Positions 1 through 9,430 of a stretch of DNA of 64,000 nt are shown piece after piece; positions within the stretch are counted from its first letter, which is position 1; each line of letters opens with the position of its first letter. This DNA comes from an uncultured Actinomycetota bacterium (lineage in GTDB: Bacteria; Actinomycetota; Actinomycetes; Propionibacteriales; Nocardioidaceae), in assembly GCA_963781745.1 (NCBI GenBank), contig CAWAHH010000015.1, forward strand, positions 2,281 through 66,280. The letters are read 5' to 3'. A model generated the notes under the pieces. That model saw only the letters and a program-made list of their open reading frames with translations. It was not told where the DNA came from and made no database searches. Position numbers and translations under genes: made by a program.

Positions 1-790
1 GGCCGCGGGTCTGGTACTCGGCGACCTTGGCGTACTGCAGCGACGCCACCTCGCCCAGCCGGGACTCCGGGACCCCGAGGGCTGCGGCGAGGGCCCGGCG
101 CAGGGCGATGGTGGTGCGGCGCCACAGCTCGGGGGCCCACCACTGCCAGATCACCGCGGAGGTCCAGTCGTAGCAGTCGGGGCAGAGCGCGGACCCGTTG
201 GCCGGGTCGTCGGGACCGTGGACGCTCATGCAGCCGGTCGGGCGGCCGTGCGGCACACCTGGCGGCGTGGTCGCGGGGTCGGCACCGTCCCCCGGTGGGC
301 TGCCCGGCCGTGGGGTCGGGGGCCGTGGACGTGGCCGAAGGAGGGGGCGGTGAAGGTGACGAACAGCAGCGGGTTGTCCGCCACCGTGCTCGGGGACGGT
401 CTTGCCGCCGACCAGGCCGGCGCGGATCATCGCGAACGTGTCGCGGGCGTAGACCCGGGAGCAGGCCGGGCAGACGTCGGCGCGGCGGTTCCCGCAGGCC
501 CGGTAGAGCACCCCCAGCGGGGCGTCGGCCGAGGAGAACGAGCCCGAGCACCTCCCCGGTGGTCGCGTCGATGGTGGTGGAGTGCCCGACCAGCCGGACC
601 GGGTGGGCGCAGTAGCCCGACCGCGGCGGCGGTTCGGCCCAGGCGTCGAAGGTGCCGTCCCGGAGCCGGGCCAGCATCCCGGCCTCGGCGCCGGTCGGGA
701 GGTCGGACAGGTCCAGCGGCGCGTCCTCCCCGAACCCCGGAAACCCGCGAGTCCCGAGTCGCCGCACGCCGCTAGCCGCCGTGTGGTCAT
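1..790 (-). CDS. repSA: RepSA-type replication initiator (N-terminal part, runs off the window; apparent frameshifts)
   Basis: Minus-strand translation gives GYCAHPVRLVG, CGNRRADVCPACSRVYARDTFAMIRAGLVGGK and LFVTFTAPSFGHVH, typical of RepSA. Confidence 0.85.
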   Translation of the reverse strand, partial: MTTRRLAACGDSGLAGFRGSGRTRRWTCPTSRPAPRPGCWPGSGTAPSTPGPNRRRGRATAPTRSGWSGTPPPSTRPPGRCSGSFSSADAPLGVLYRACGNRRADVCPACSRVYARDTFAMIRAGLVGGKTVPEHGGGQPAAVRHLHRPLLRPRPRPPTPRPGSPPGDGADPATTPPGVPHGRPTGCMSVHGPDDPANGSALCPDCYDWTSAVIWQWWAPELWRRTTIALRRALAAALGVPESRLGEVASLQYAKVAEYQTRG

Positions 791-1141
791 GACGCCACCG
801 GCTCCACAGCGGCCCAGGCGGCGCTGCACGCCGCGGCGCGGGCCGTCGGCGACGGTCAGCAGCTCCTCGACCATGACCGCCGCGGGGACGCCGCGTGCGA
901 TGCGCGGCGCGTGCGACCCGCCGTTCCAGGGTCGTGGTGCCCGCCCAGATGCCGACCTCGGGACGACGTCAGCGCCGCGGCCAGGCAGCCACGCCGGACC
1001 GGGCAGCCCGCGCAGACGGCGAGGACCTCGACGGTCGACGTCGGTCTCGCGGAGCGGGAACCAGGCGTCCGGGTCGAGACCACTGCCCGAGTCCACAGCT
1101 CGGCGCCGCATCCGGCTCCGGTTCGCCGCGGTCGGCGGCAT
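787..1141 (-). CDS. WhiB-family Fe-S regulator (frameshifted; boundaries approximate)
   Basis: DPDAWFP, VCAGCPVRRGCLAAAL and EVGIWAGTT segments in successive frames. Confidence 0.7.
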
Positions 1142-2766
1142 GGTCAGGCCGCCGTCCCGTGCGGGAGCACCGGCGCGGACCCGTCGCGCGGCGATGGCGA
1201 CCTGGACCCGTGGGCGGGGTGCGTAGGTGTGGCAGAGGGCGGTGATGTGCTGGTCGGTGACGTGGGCGAACCGGACCCGGACGGGTTCGGCGATGTCCGT
1301 CGAGGCCGACGTAGCCGACGCCGGGCAGGTCCTCGCGGATCTGGTCACAGCGGGCGCCGCGGTCGCGTGCGCCTTGGCCGAGGACCAGGGCGACGTGGTC
1401 GCGTTCGGTCAGCCGCAGCGCGATCCGGGTCGGGAACAGGTCGCGGACGGTCAGGATCTCCTTGCGCGGGTCCTGCACCGCCCCGATCACGCTGACGCCG
1501 ACCGCGCGGCCCTGGGACAGCAGCAGCGACAGCGCGGCGGCGATCCGTCGTTTGGCGTCCCGGTCGACCACGTAGGCGGTCAGCGAGGCGAGCTCGTCGA
1601 TGACCACCAGGACCAGCGGCTCCTCGACGGTCGGGGTGTGCAGCCGGGTCCGGCCCCGCAGGTGCGCCTGCCGGCGACCGCATCACCGCCACCGCGTCCT
1701 CCAGGACGGTCGCGAACTCCAGCTCGTACGCCGCCACCCCCGACCCAGCCGCGGTCGCGTTGTCGTCGGGGTCGCCGTAGACGAACCGGGCGAACAGGCC
1801 GCGGCCGGGGGCGAGCTCCATCCCGCCCTTGGGGTCCAGGCACCACACCGCCACCGACCCCTCGCGGATCGCCGGGGCCGAGGGCGTGCAGGGTCGACCA
1901 GATCACCGACCCCTTCCCCGACCCGGTCGCCCCGACCACCAGGACGTGGGTGCCGAGCAGCCGCAGCCGGTACGGGGTGCCGTCCTCACACAGCCCGACC
2001 GGCACCCGCGCCAGGTCCACGCCCGCCGAGCCTGCGACGCCGCGCTGGCCGGAGCCGGTCGCCGATGCCGGCGCCGTCGACGGTCGCCGTGCTGTCGTCG
2101 TCGGCTGCGAGGGGTTCGGGTGGGATGGGGTCGGTGAGCGGGTCGGTGATCAGGAACCACAGCTCGAGGCGGTGCCGGATCCGGCGTGGTGCGGACCCGG
2201 CAGTCCTGGACCCCGAAGGTCTGCGCCAGCCGCTCGGACTGCGCGGACCAGTCGTCGAGGACCTGGCCGGGCAGCATCCGCACCGTGACCCGGTCCACGC
2301 ACCCGGTCGAGGAGACCCGGACCAGCTTCGGCAGGTACTCGGCCCCGTCGAGGGTGACCGCCAGCCCGGTGGTGACCATCGCCGGCTGCCACCCGAACCG
2401 GTAGACCAGCTGCCCCCGCCACGCACCGCGCAGCGACCACCACACCCGGCGGGTGAACGACTCCCGCCACCGCCACCACCACACCCCCAGCCCGGCCAGC
2501 ACCAGGACGGCCAGGGCCAGCGAGGACCGTGACCGTGTGGCCGTGACTGACCCGGCGCCACCACCAGCAGGCCGACCGGGAGGGCGAGCAGCCACGGCCG
2601 CCTGAGCACCGCCCCGAACGTGCTGGCTCGCCGTCCAGGTGAGGAGCCGGCCGAGCTGGCGGGCCACCCACGCGGCCAGGATCGCGGACAGCGGGACGTG
2701 GACGCGGGCGACGTTGAGCCGGACCGGGCTCTCCTGCCGCCGGGTGCCCCGCATCGCCGCGCTCAC
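1138..2766 (-). CDS. traB: TraB/FtsK-SpoIIIE conjugative DNA translocase (several frameshifts)
   Basis: N-terminal TM segment; Walker A GATGSGKGS; DPKGGMEL; Walker B VIDELA; QGRAVGV..VQDPRKE..RDLFPTRIALRL. Confidence 0.88.
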
Positions 2767-2960
2767 AGGTCACTCACCTGACCCCACAGCCACGACCCCG
2801 AGGAGTCCAACGCCACCTGCACCGTCGGCCCGGCCGGGGTGGTCGCGACCACCAGCCCGAACAGGATGCACACCACCGCCGACCCGACCCCGAGCCGGGC
2901 GGTGCGCAGCAGCAGCACCACCAGCGCGCCCAGCACCAGCGCCACCGCGACCACGCTCAT
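2763..2960 (-). CDS. Small AICE membrane protein (spread/transfer accessory)
   Basis: 65-aa hydrophobic MSVVAVALVLGALVVLLLR...; overlaps both neighbours. Confidence 0.65.
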   Translation of the reverse strand: MSVVAVALVLGALVVLLLRTARLGVGSAVVCILFGLVVATTPAGPTVQVALDSSGSWLWGQVSDL

Positions 2961-3409
2961 CAGGCCGCGTCCTTCCCGGCACTCCCTGCCCAGGCCCTTG
3001 GTCGAGCCGACCGCCGGCCAGCGGTGGGGGCGACCATGCCCTCGGCGCGGAACGACCACGCGATCCGCGGCCGGTTCCCCGAGTCGTCCACGTAGGCCAA
3101 CGCCGTCAGACCGATGAACTCCACCGGCGTCCACGGGAACGACGTCGGGTTCTCCGGCGGCACCGGCTGCACCCTCGCCGCGAACTTCACCGTCAACGCC
3201 GTCTCCCGCTTCCCCGCCTCCTCATCCGCATCCAGCACCGTCGCCTGCCACAACAGCAGACCCGTGTCCCTGTCCACCTGCTGCGGACGCGACCCGTCCT
3301 CCCGCTTGCCGGCGTTGAAGTCCGCCACCGGCTCCACCGACCCCTTCAAGAACGCACCCGCCGGGAACACCTCACCGTGCTCCACCCGAAACCGCTTCTG
3401 CATCGCCAT
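2960..3409 (-). CDS. AICE replication/integration/excision activator (Pra/SCO3933-like)
   Basis: MAMQKRFRVEHGEVFP...QQVDRDTGLLLWQATVLDAD...PVEFIGLTALAYV...SFRAEG; first gene of the tra operon. Confidence 0.7.
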   Translation of the reverse strand: MAMQKRFRVEHGEVFPAGAFLKGSVEPVADFNAGKREDGSRPQQVDRDTGLLLWQATVLDADEEAGKRETALTVKFAARVQPVPPENPTSFPWTPVEFIGLTALAYVDDSGNRPRIAWSFRAEGMVAPTAGRRSARPRAWAGSAGKDAA

Positions 3410-3428
3410 GACTGGTCCTCTCGGTCGT

Positions 3429-3499
3429 ACTGGCTTGAGCCAGTGATGTGATCACTAACCACTGTCTTGAGCCAGTTGCAAGGACTGGCGTGCGCCAGT
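3429..3499. promoter_or_regulatory. Three palindromic operators (ACTGGC-N4-GCCAGT), probably bound by the GntR/Kor repressor
   Basis: ACTGGCTTGAGCCAGT 3429-3444, ACTGTCTTGAGCCAGT 3461-3476 and ACTGGCGTGCGCCAGT 3484-3499 between divergent genes. Confidence 0.75.
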
Positions 3500-3517
3500 T
3501 GTGCCTAGACTTCGACC

Positions 3518-4307
3518 ATGAGCACGACATCCAGGACCCCACAGGGCGCCGGAACGGCGAGCCGCCAGGTCGCGGCGGCCCTGCGTCTGGCCATCGACAC
3601 CGGTCAACTCGGCCCCGGCGACAAGCTGCCCTCAGAGCGCGAACTGGCGGCCACGCACCAGGTGGCCCGCAACACCGCACGCGAGGCAGTGCGCCAACTG
3701 CCGACTCCGGTCTGGTCACCGCCCATCACGGCCGAGGCGTCTTCGTCCGCGATCAAGCCGCGGCTGATGCGCTTCGGGCAGGGCCGCTACTCGCGGAAGC
3801 TCCGCGAGGAGACGGGCCTGTCGCCGTTCCACGCCGAGGTCACGCGCCCAGGGTCGGGTCCCGAACGCCTACGCCACCAGCATCGGGCGCGCGATACCGC
3901 CGGCCGCCGTGGCCGAGCGCCTGGACGTCGACGCCGACACCAAGAGCGTGGTTCGTCGCGAGAACTGGTACTTCGCCGACGCCGAGCCCATGCAGATCGG
4001 CATCACCTACATCCCTTGGACCATTGCCGAAGGCTCACCGCTTGGGACGAACCGACGAGCTCGGGTCCGGGCGACCTGTACGCCCGCTTCGAGGACAAGG
4101 GCCACGCGATCACCTACACGCGCGAGGAAGTCACCGCCCGGATGCCGACCCCCGAGGAAGCCACGGCCTCCAACTGCCCGACGGCGTGCCGGTCCTCGTC
4201 GTCCTGCACACCGGGATCGACCAAGACCGCCGCCCTTTGAGGTAACAGAGTTCATCATGCGCGCCGACTACACCGGACTCGACTACACCATGGCGGTGGA
4301 CGACTGA
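3518..4307 (+). CDS. GntR/HutC-family (UTRA) repressor, KorSA-like (frameshifts)
   Basis: wHTH PGDKLPSERELAATHQVARNTAREA; UTRA segments EEVTARMPTPEEA and LPDGVPVLVVLHTG across frames. Confidence 0.85.
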
Positions 4308-4834
4308 TGAAAACAATCGTGAGGGCCCGAGAGGCGGCGGACCTGGCGCAGTTGGCGCAGGTTCTCGTGCGCGTCCATGCAGTCGACGGCTACCCCGTCG
4401 AAGGGAGTCGCCGACCCTGAGGCGTGGTTGAACCCCCCACGCGAGCTAGCCGCATGGACGGCTGAAGAAGACGGGGACGCCGGTCGGTCACATCTCGCTG
4501 GTGAGCGCAGACCCTTCGGACGACGCCGCAGCGGTGTGGCAGGCACGAACAAGAGGAAACCTCGAGAGCATCGCCATACCGGTCCGCCTCTTCGTCGATC
4601 CGGACCACCGCGGTCACGGCGCCGCATCCGAGACTCATGGCGGCGCACACGACTACGCGACGGAAGCACGGTCGCTTGATGGTCTTCGACGTGATGAAGA
4701 AGGACCGAACCGCCATCCGCCTCTACAAGATGCTCGGCTGTGAACCCATCGGGACTATTGAGCACGACGACGGGAACGGGAACCGACATCCGGCCGTCGT
4801 CTACACGGCGCCACCCCGAATGTCGCAACGATGA
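4307..4834 (+). CDS. GNAT acetyltransferase (frameshifts)
   Basis: TGATG coupling to GntR; VRVHAVDGYPVEG..DPEAWL; RLFVDPDHRGHGAA; DVMKKDRTAIRLYKMLG. Confidence 0.75.
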
Positions 4835-4974
4835 TGTGGCACATTCGTTGGGCTGATGTGATCAGCGCCTAGGCACATGGACAACGTTCCATTTCTCAGA
4901 CACAGAGACCGCCCACATCTGACGAGAGCCCTGTAAGGTCCGAGCTTCGGTGATCTCATAGAAGCGGTGGTCGA

Positions 4975-6666
4975 ATGAGCGTGAGCGCGCACGCGGATGC
5001 GCCCTCGATTGTCCCTAGTTTGGAAGCGGTGGGTGGACTTCTGCGGAACGGTGTGCTTGAGGTGCCGCCATACGAGCGAAGCTATGCCTGGAAGCGCGGC
5101 GAGGTTGAGACCTTCTGGTTCGACCTACGGGCGGCACTAACTGTCTCCGAGCCCATCTACTTCCTGGGCACGGTTGTGATCAGTAGCGGTAGTGGGGCTC
5201 GATCCGTAGTGATCGACGGTCAGCAGCGTTTGGCTACAACATCTCTATTGCTTGCCGCGATTCGCGACCAATTCGTCCGCAGAGCAGACATCCGTCGGGC
5301 TCAGACGGTGCAGGAACGCTACTTGACTTGGGACTCGTTGGAGTCGACGGAGATCGAAGCACGCCTCCGCCTCAATGAGCAGGACCACGAGACGTTCGAA
5401 AGTCTATTCACGTCGGATGACCCTCGGACCGAACCGCAAGATTCCGACCCCGACAGCGTCAAGCGAATCCTTTCGGCGTACGACCAGCTTTCGGGCTACC
5501 TTGATGACGACATCGAAGCCGCCGGACCCCGCTGGCAGAAACGTCTTCTTGACTGGGTTGATTTTCTCGACCGAGTCGTTCGCATCATCGTGGTACGCGT
5601 CAGGGACGACGCCGACGCCTTCCTCATCTTTGAAACCCTGAATGCACGAGGTGCCGAGCTTTCCGCTGCTGACCTAGTCAAGAACTATCTGTTTGGTCTC
5701 GGTCGGCCACGTTTGCAGGAAGCCCAAGATGCATGGACGGAGATGTCGCGCACTATTGAAGCAAGCGCCAGTTCTACCGAGATCACAACGTTTCTGCGCC
5801 ACTGGTGGGCTTCGCGCCATGGAGCAGTCCGAGAGAAAGACCTTTACCGAAAACTCAAGCGCGCCGTTCAGTCCGAGGATCAATCGAGGTCCACCCTTGA
5901 GGGACTCCGTGATTCTGCGCCTTACTACGCATCAATGCTCAATGCCCGGGACGAGTCTTGGGTGGGCCGGCCACCTCAGTCCGCTGCGGCAATGGAAATC
6001 CTGTTAGATCTCGGTCTAGAGCAGTACAGGCCTTTGCTACTTGCAGGCCTAGAACAATTCACGGTTGCCGAAGCGGACCGGTTACTGCATGCACTCACCT
6101 GCTGGTCTGTCCGCGGACTCATTGCAGGCGGGATCGGTGGTGGCACGACGGAGCGCTACTACGCTGAGGCGGCCGTTCGAATCTGCGCTGGCCGCGTGAC
6201 TCGTGCGTCTCAGGTCCTAGGCGAGTTGGATGCAGTCGTGGCAGGTGACGAGGATTTTGAGGCGGCGTTTTCGTCCAGGCGCGTGAGTCGGAATCGTCAG
6301 GTGCATTACTATCTCCGAGCGCTATACGAGCAGACTGCGATCCCCACGACCAAAAGCGTTGAAACCGCCGCCGTGCCCGTCTTTCCGAGGAGCGACTCGT
6401 CCATGGCGTGGACGGACTACATCGACCACGACGTGCTAGCTCGCACAGCAATGCGAATTGGCAACTACATGTTGATCGATCGCCAACATGCTGCGTCACT
6501 CCCTCGTGATCCTGAAGAGCGCATCTCTCGCTTGACCTCATTGGACCTCTTCGCGGTCTCGGGTTCAGGGGTGAGCACTTGGTCCGCGAGTAAAGTGTCG
6601 GAGCGGCAACGCCTTCTCGCTTCAACAGCTTTGACGACTTGGCCCAGGACTGTCCATGACCAGTGA
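4975..6666 (+). CDS. DUF262 (ParB/Srx-like NTPase) plus degenerate DUF1524/HNH protein, GmrSD/SspE-like
   Basis: VPPYERSYAW, YFLGTVV, IDGQQRLAT, IFETLNARGAELSAADLVKN; C-terminal RIGNYMLI but no EHxxP motif. Confidence 0.88.
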   Translation: MSVSAHADAPSIVPSLEAVGGLLRNGVLEVPPYERSYAWKRGEVETFWFDLRAALTVSEPIYFLGTVVISSGSGARSVVIDGQQRLATTSLLLAAIRDQFVRRADIRRAQTVQERYLTWDSLESTEIEARLRLNEQDHETFESLFTSDDPRTEPQDSDPDSVKRILSAYDQLSGYLDDDIEAAGPRWQKRLLDWVDFLDRVVRIIVVRVRDDADAFLIFETLNARGAELSAADLVKNYLFGLGRPRLQEAQDAWTEMSRTIEASASSTEITTFLRHWWASRHGAVREKDLYRKLKRAVQSEDQSRSTLEGLRDSAPYYASMLNARDESWVGRPPQSAAAMEILLDLGLEQYRPLLLAGLEQFTVAEADRLLHALTCWSVRGLIAGGIGGGTTERYYAEAAVRICAGRVTRASQVLGELDAVVAGDEDFEAAFSSRRVSRNRQVHYYLRALYEQTAIPTTKSVETAAVPVFPRSDSSMAWTDYIDHDVLARTAMRIGNYMLIDRQHAASLPRDPEERISRLTSLDLFAVSGSGVSTWSASKVSERQRLLASTALTTWPRTVHDQ

Positions 6667-7501
6667 CGACGATGCGCGAGTGCGAGAGGTGCACGAGGCC
6701 TGGCTGAGAGCCTGTCGGGTTGACGACCTGCTTTCGCGATTCGACGAGCCGCCGCAGTCGAGTGATCTGGTACGGGTTGTCCTACAACGCGCGCAGTCGG
6801 GAACGCGGCCTCCCGACCCCGTGCTGGCTGGTGCAGCTAAGGGCTTCTCTGCCAACCAATGGACGGTGAAGTCTGGTGAGATTGTGCAACGGCAACTTGG
6901 AAGACTCATGTTGGTAGTGGCCGACTTCGTCCCGGCAGAGGCCCGCGTGATCGCTGAGATTCACATGGTCGTTAGCGCCAGCGCCGCGCAGGTGTCGTTG
7001 GATGCGTGGCGCGGCCAGGCCGAGACCGACGAGCTCACACGATTGCGCAATGACTTTGGACTCGCAGCTGACTTGGACGCAGTCATCGCCGCGCGTCGAA
7101 CCTTTCAGCTTGGCTTCATCGACCTGGACGGGCTCAAAAAGGTCAACACGGAGGCGGGTCACGAGGCGGGTGATCGCCTGATCCGAACTTTCGCCAACCG
7201 GCTCAAGGAGACAATCCATCCCCTTGGAGGACTCGCCTACCGACCTCATGGCGACGAATTCATCTGTGTGCTTCCGCATGACCAAGGCGATCTTGCTGAA
7301 GCACTCGGGCAGCTGGAAACCTCCCCAGACTTCGCCTTTAGCTGGGGCGTCGCCGAATGGCCCAGCGACGACAACGATGTTGAAACGGTACGTCGCCTAG
7401 CTGATCAAGCCATGTATGAGATGAAAGGTCGTCATCACGAAGCTCAGGGTGTGCCCGAAGAAATCCATGAAGAAACCACGCCTCTGGTCGTCGATCGGTA
7501 G
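6656..7501 (+). CDS. GGDEF-domain protein (HGDEF variant) with helical N-terminal domain
   Basis: DELTRLRN, FIDLDGLKKVN..GHEAGD, YRPHGDEF, FSWGVA, ADQAMYEMK; 11-bp overlap with the DUF262 gene. Confidence 0.88.
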   Translation: MTSDDDARVREVHEAWLRACRVDDLLSRFDEPPQSSDLVRVVLQRAQSGTRPPDPVLAGAAKGFSANQWTVKSGEIVQRQLGRLMLVVADFVPAEARVIAEIHMVVSASAAQVSLDAWRGQAETDELTRLRNDFGLAADLDAVIAARRTFQLGFIDLDGLKKVNTEAGHEAGDRLIRTFANRLKETIHPLGGLAYRPHGDEFICVLPHDQGDLAEALGQLETSPDFAFSWGVAEWPSDDNDVETVRRLADQAMYEMKGRHHEAQGVPEEIHEETTPLVVDR

Positions 7502-7550
7502 GTACTTACGTTTCCCTCCGCAGTAGTGTGCGCGTGAAAGGCTGGCCTTT

Positions 7551-8129
7551 ATGCCCTACGCCCGTGAGCCCGCTTGGCGCTACTTCCCGCCGACCGACCC
7601 GCCGCCGCGCGCGCTAGCCGATGTCGCGGCGGCGATGGAGAAGCTCGGGACCTGGCTCAAGACGGACTTCTGGGCGGCGGTCGACGCGGGAGGACGCATC
7701 GAGACGAAGAGCATCACGAAAGAGCTCGAGGCCTACCTCCAACCTGTCACGGACGCCTACGAGGTCGCGCCAGGACTGCATCCCGGCTGGAACGTCGAGA
7801 CGCGGGAGAATTATCCACGCATCCCGCTCCTGTACGGGGAGAACGGCCGGCCGTTATATGGCGTGGAGCCGGACGCAATTTTCGCAGGCAAGGGCGGCTA
7901 CATCGCATTGCTTGAGATCGAGGGTGGGGGCGCGGTGCAGAACAACCGCCTGATGAAGGATGTGGTGGAGACGCTTCTCATTCCGGGCGCGCACCACCTC
8001 GCGCTAGCGGTGCCCCACAGCGTGCACGGGCGATCGCCGTATGAGTTCGCAATAAACCTTGTGCAGGCGCTCTACGCGCGACAGGTGCCGCAGGCACACG
8101 TCAGCGGCATGCTCATCATCGGCTACTAA
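7551..8129 (+). CDS. Putative PD-(D/E)XK restriction-endonuclease-like protein
   Basis: EPDAIF...LLEIEGG..QNNRLMKD resembles a PD...ExE catalytic motif. Confidence 0.6.
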   Translation: MPYAREPAWRYFPPTDPPPRALADVAAAMEKLGTWLKTDFWAAVDAGGRIETKSITKELEAYLQPVTDAYEVAPGLHPGWNVETRENYPRIPLLYGENGRPLYGVEPDAIFAGKGGYIALLEIEGGGAVQNNRLMKDVVETLLIPGAHHLALAVPHSVHGRSPYEFAINLVQALYARQVPQAHVSGMLIIGY

Positions 8130-8181
8130 GCACCCTTCACCTACTGCTGACGTGATGTCCATAGGCTCCCAGCGCTGACGT

Positions 8182-8406
8182 TCATGTCGGATACTTCCTC
8201 GACTTGGCTTTGCCTTCGTTCGGATTCACGGCGTGAACAACAACGCTGGGATCGTTTGTTGCGCATGTGCACGACGACCGTGCGCGCGACTCCAGGTAGT
8301 GCCAGAAGTGTGGATACTTGAAGAGTGCAGTCAACGCGATCCCCACGGATGCTAGTGCTCCGAAAGCGAGGTCATGCCCGATCAGGCTGCTCAAGATGTC
8401 CTTCAC
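8182..8406 (-). CDS. Small single-TM hypothetical protein (74 aa)
   Basis: GGAGG RBS 6 nt before GTG at 8406; hydrophobic LAFGALASVGIALTALF. Confidence 0.55.
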   Translation of the reverse strand: MKDILSSLIGHDLAFGALASVGIALTALFKYPHFWHYLESRARSSCTCATNDPSVVVHAVNPNEGKAKSRKYPT

Positions 8407-8584
8407 GAGGCGCCTCCGATTGGTCGAGTTCTGGTTCGAGGGTCGCTCCAACCGCCTGGCCGTTGCGAGGTGGCTAGGGCGGTTGCGGCATAGGTCGCGT
8501 ACCAACTCTTTGCGGTCAGGTTAGGCTTGACACTGATTGAGTAAAGACGCAGGTCAGAGTCTTGAGGACGCCCGGCAGCCTAGA

Positions 8585-9121
8585 ATGTTCAGTCAAGAAG
8601 AACTGATTTGTCTCGTCAGGGACACCTTGACAGAATTCGCGTTCACCAAGCACTCTAGGAGTGTGACCGGCAAGTCCGAACGTCCCCTCACCCTCAAGGA
8701 GCTTGCGTATGCGCAATCAGCGTTGGGTAGGGCATACACGAAGCTGGCCGCCCGCCACAGGGTCGGTGCCAGCGCTCTAGAGCGCGGTCAAAGACGTCGA
8801 CTCGAGGAAGACAAGAGTTTCGAAGCCTGGATCTACATGGCGTCCGAGTGGGCAGCGACCGCTGACCGCATCGTTGCGCTGGAAGTTCAATGCGCTCGGG
8901 CTCATGGGGTCAGCTGGAATGAAATCGCGGGCGCCCTCGGCGTAAGTCGGCAGGCTGCCTGGGAACGTTACAGAGATCCAAGTCGGTGGACTAGGTCTAG
9001 GCCGATATCTTCGATGGTTCGGGCGCGGCGAAGCCAATTGCTTCAAGAGCTGAGTCGCAGTTTCGGAACCAGCGAGGAGGATCTTTCGGAGCTAGAGAGA
9101 ATCCTCGACTCCCGTGAGTGA
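8585..9121 (+). CDS. Helix-turn-helix DNA-binding protein
   Basis: ARAHGVSWNEIAGALGVSRQAAWERY, an actinobacterial HTH signature; ATG at 8585 (ORF track starts at 8537). Confidence 0.7.
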   Translation: MFSQEELICLVRDTLTEFAFTKHSRSVTGKSERPLTLKELAYAQSALGRAYTKLAARHRVGASALERGQRRRLEEDKSFEAWIYMASEWAATADRIVALEVQCARAHGVSWNEIAGALGVSRQAAWERYRDPSRWTRSRPISSMVRARRSQLLQELSRSFGTSEEDLSELERILDSRE

Positions 9122-9430
9122 GCTGGCTGACCTAGTGTGTTGTGCCCGAGCACGAAGCACTCCCGGCAAGGGCCCCCAGGTCGAACGGCACAGACGGCCT
9201 TGAGTACCGGCATCACCCTGGTTTGTCGCAACTAGTTCTGTCGACAGCCTTGGGACGATTCGTCCCGATCTCGTCCCTGAACTGGCGAAGGGCCAAGTTC
9301 GAGCTCGACCAGTGACGGAAGCGTCCACAAGCAGTGAGTGCGCCCTTACGAAACGCGCTCTTCGGCTGATCCGGCAATAGTTGGCGAATGGTGTCTCGTC
9401 TGACCCATGGTGAGGACTTTCCCTACTGGC

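Noticed and set aside
1-4834. AICE core genes as decayed pseudogenes
   Set aside because: The same indel pattern affects core genes, so decay cannot be told from error without reads.
6656-7501. Cas10/mCpol-type polymerase
   Set aside because: It has the DGC-specific DxLT, KxxN..GH..GD and AD.AMY motifs and DEF rather than GGDD.
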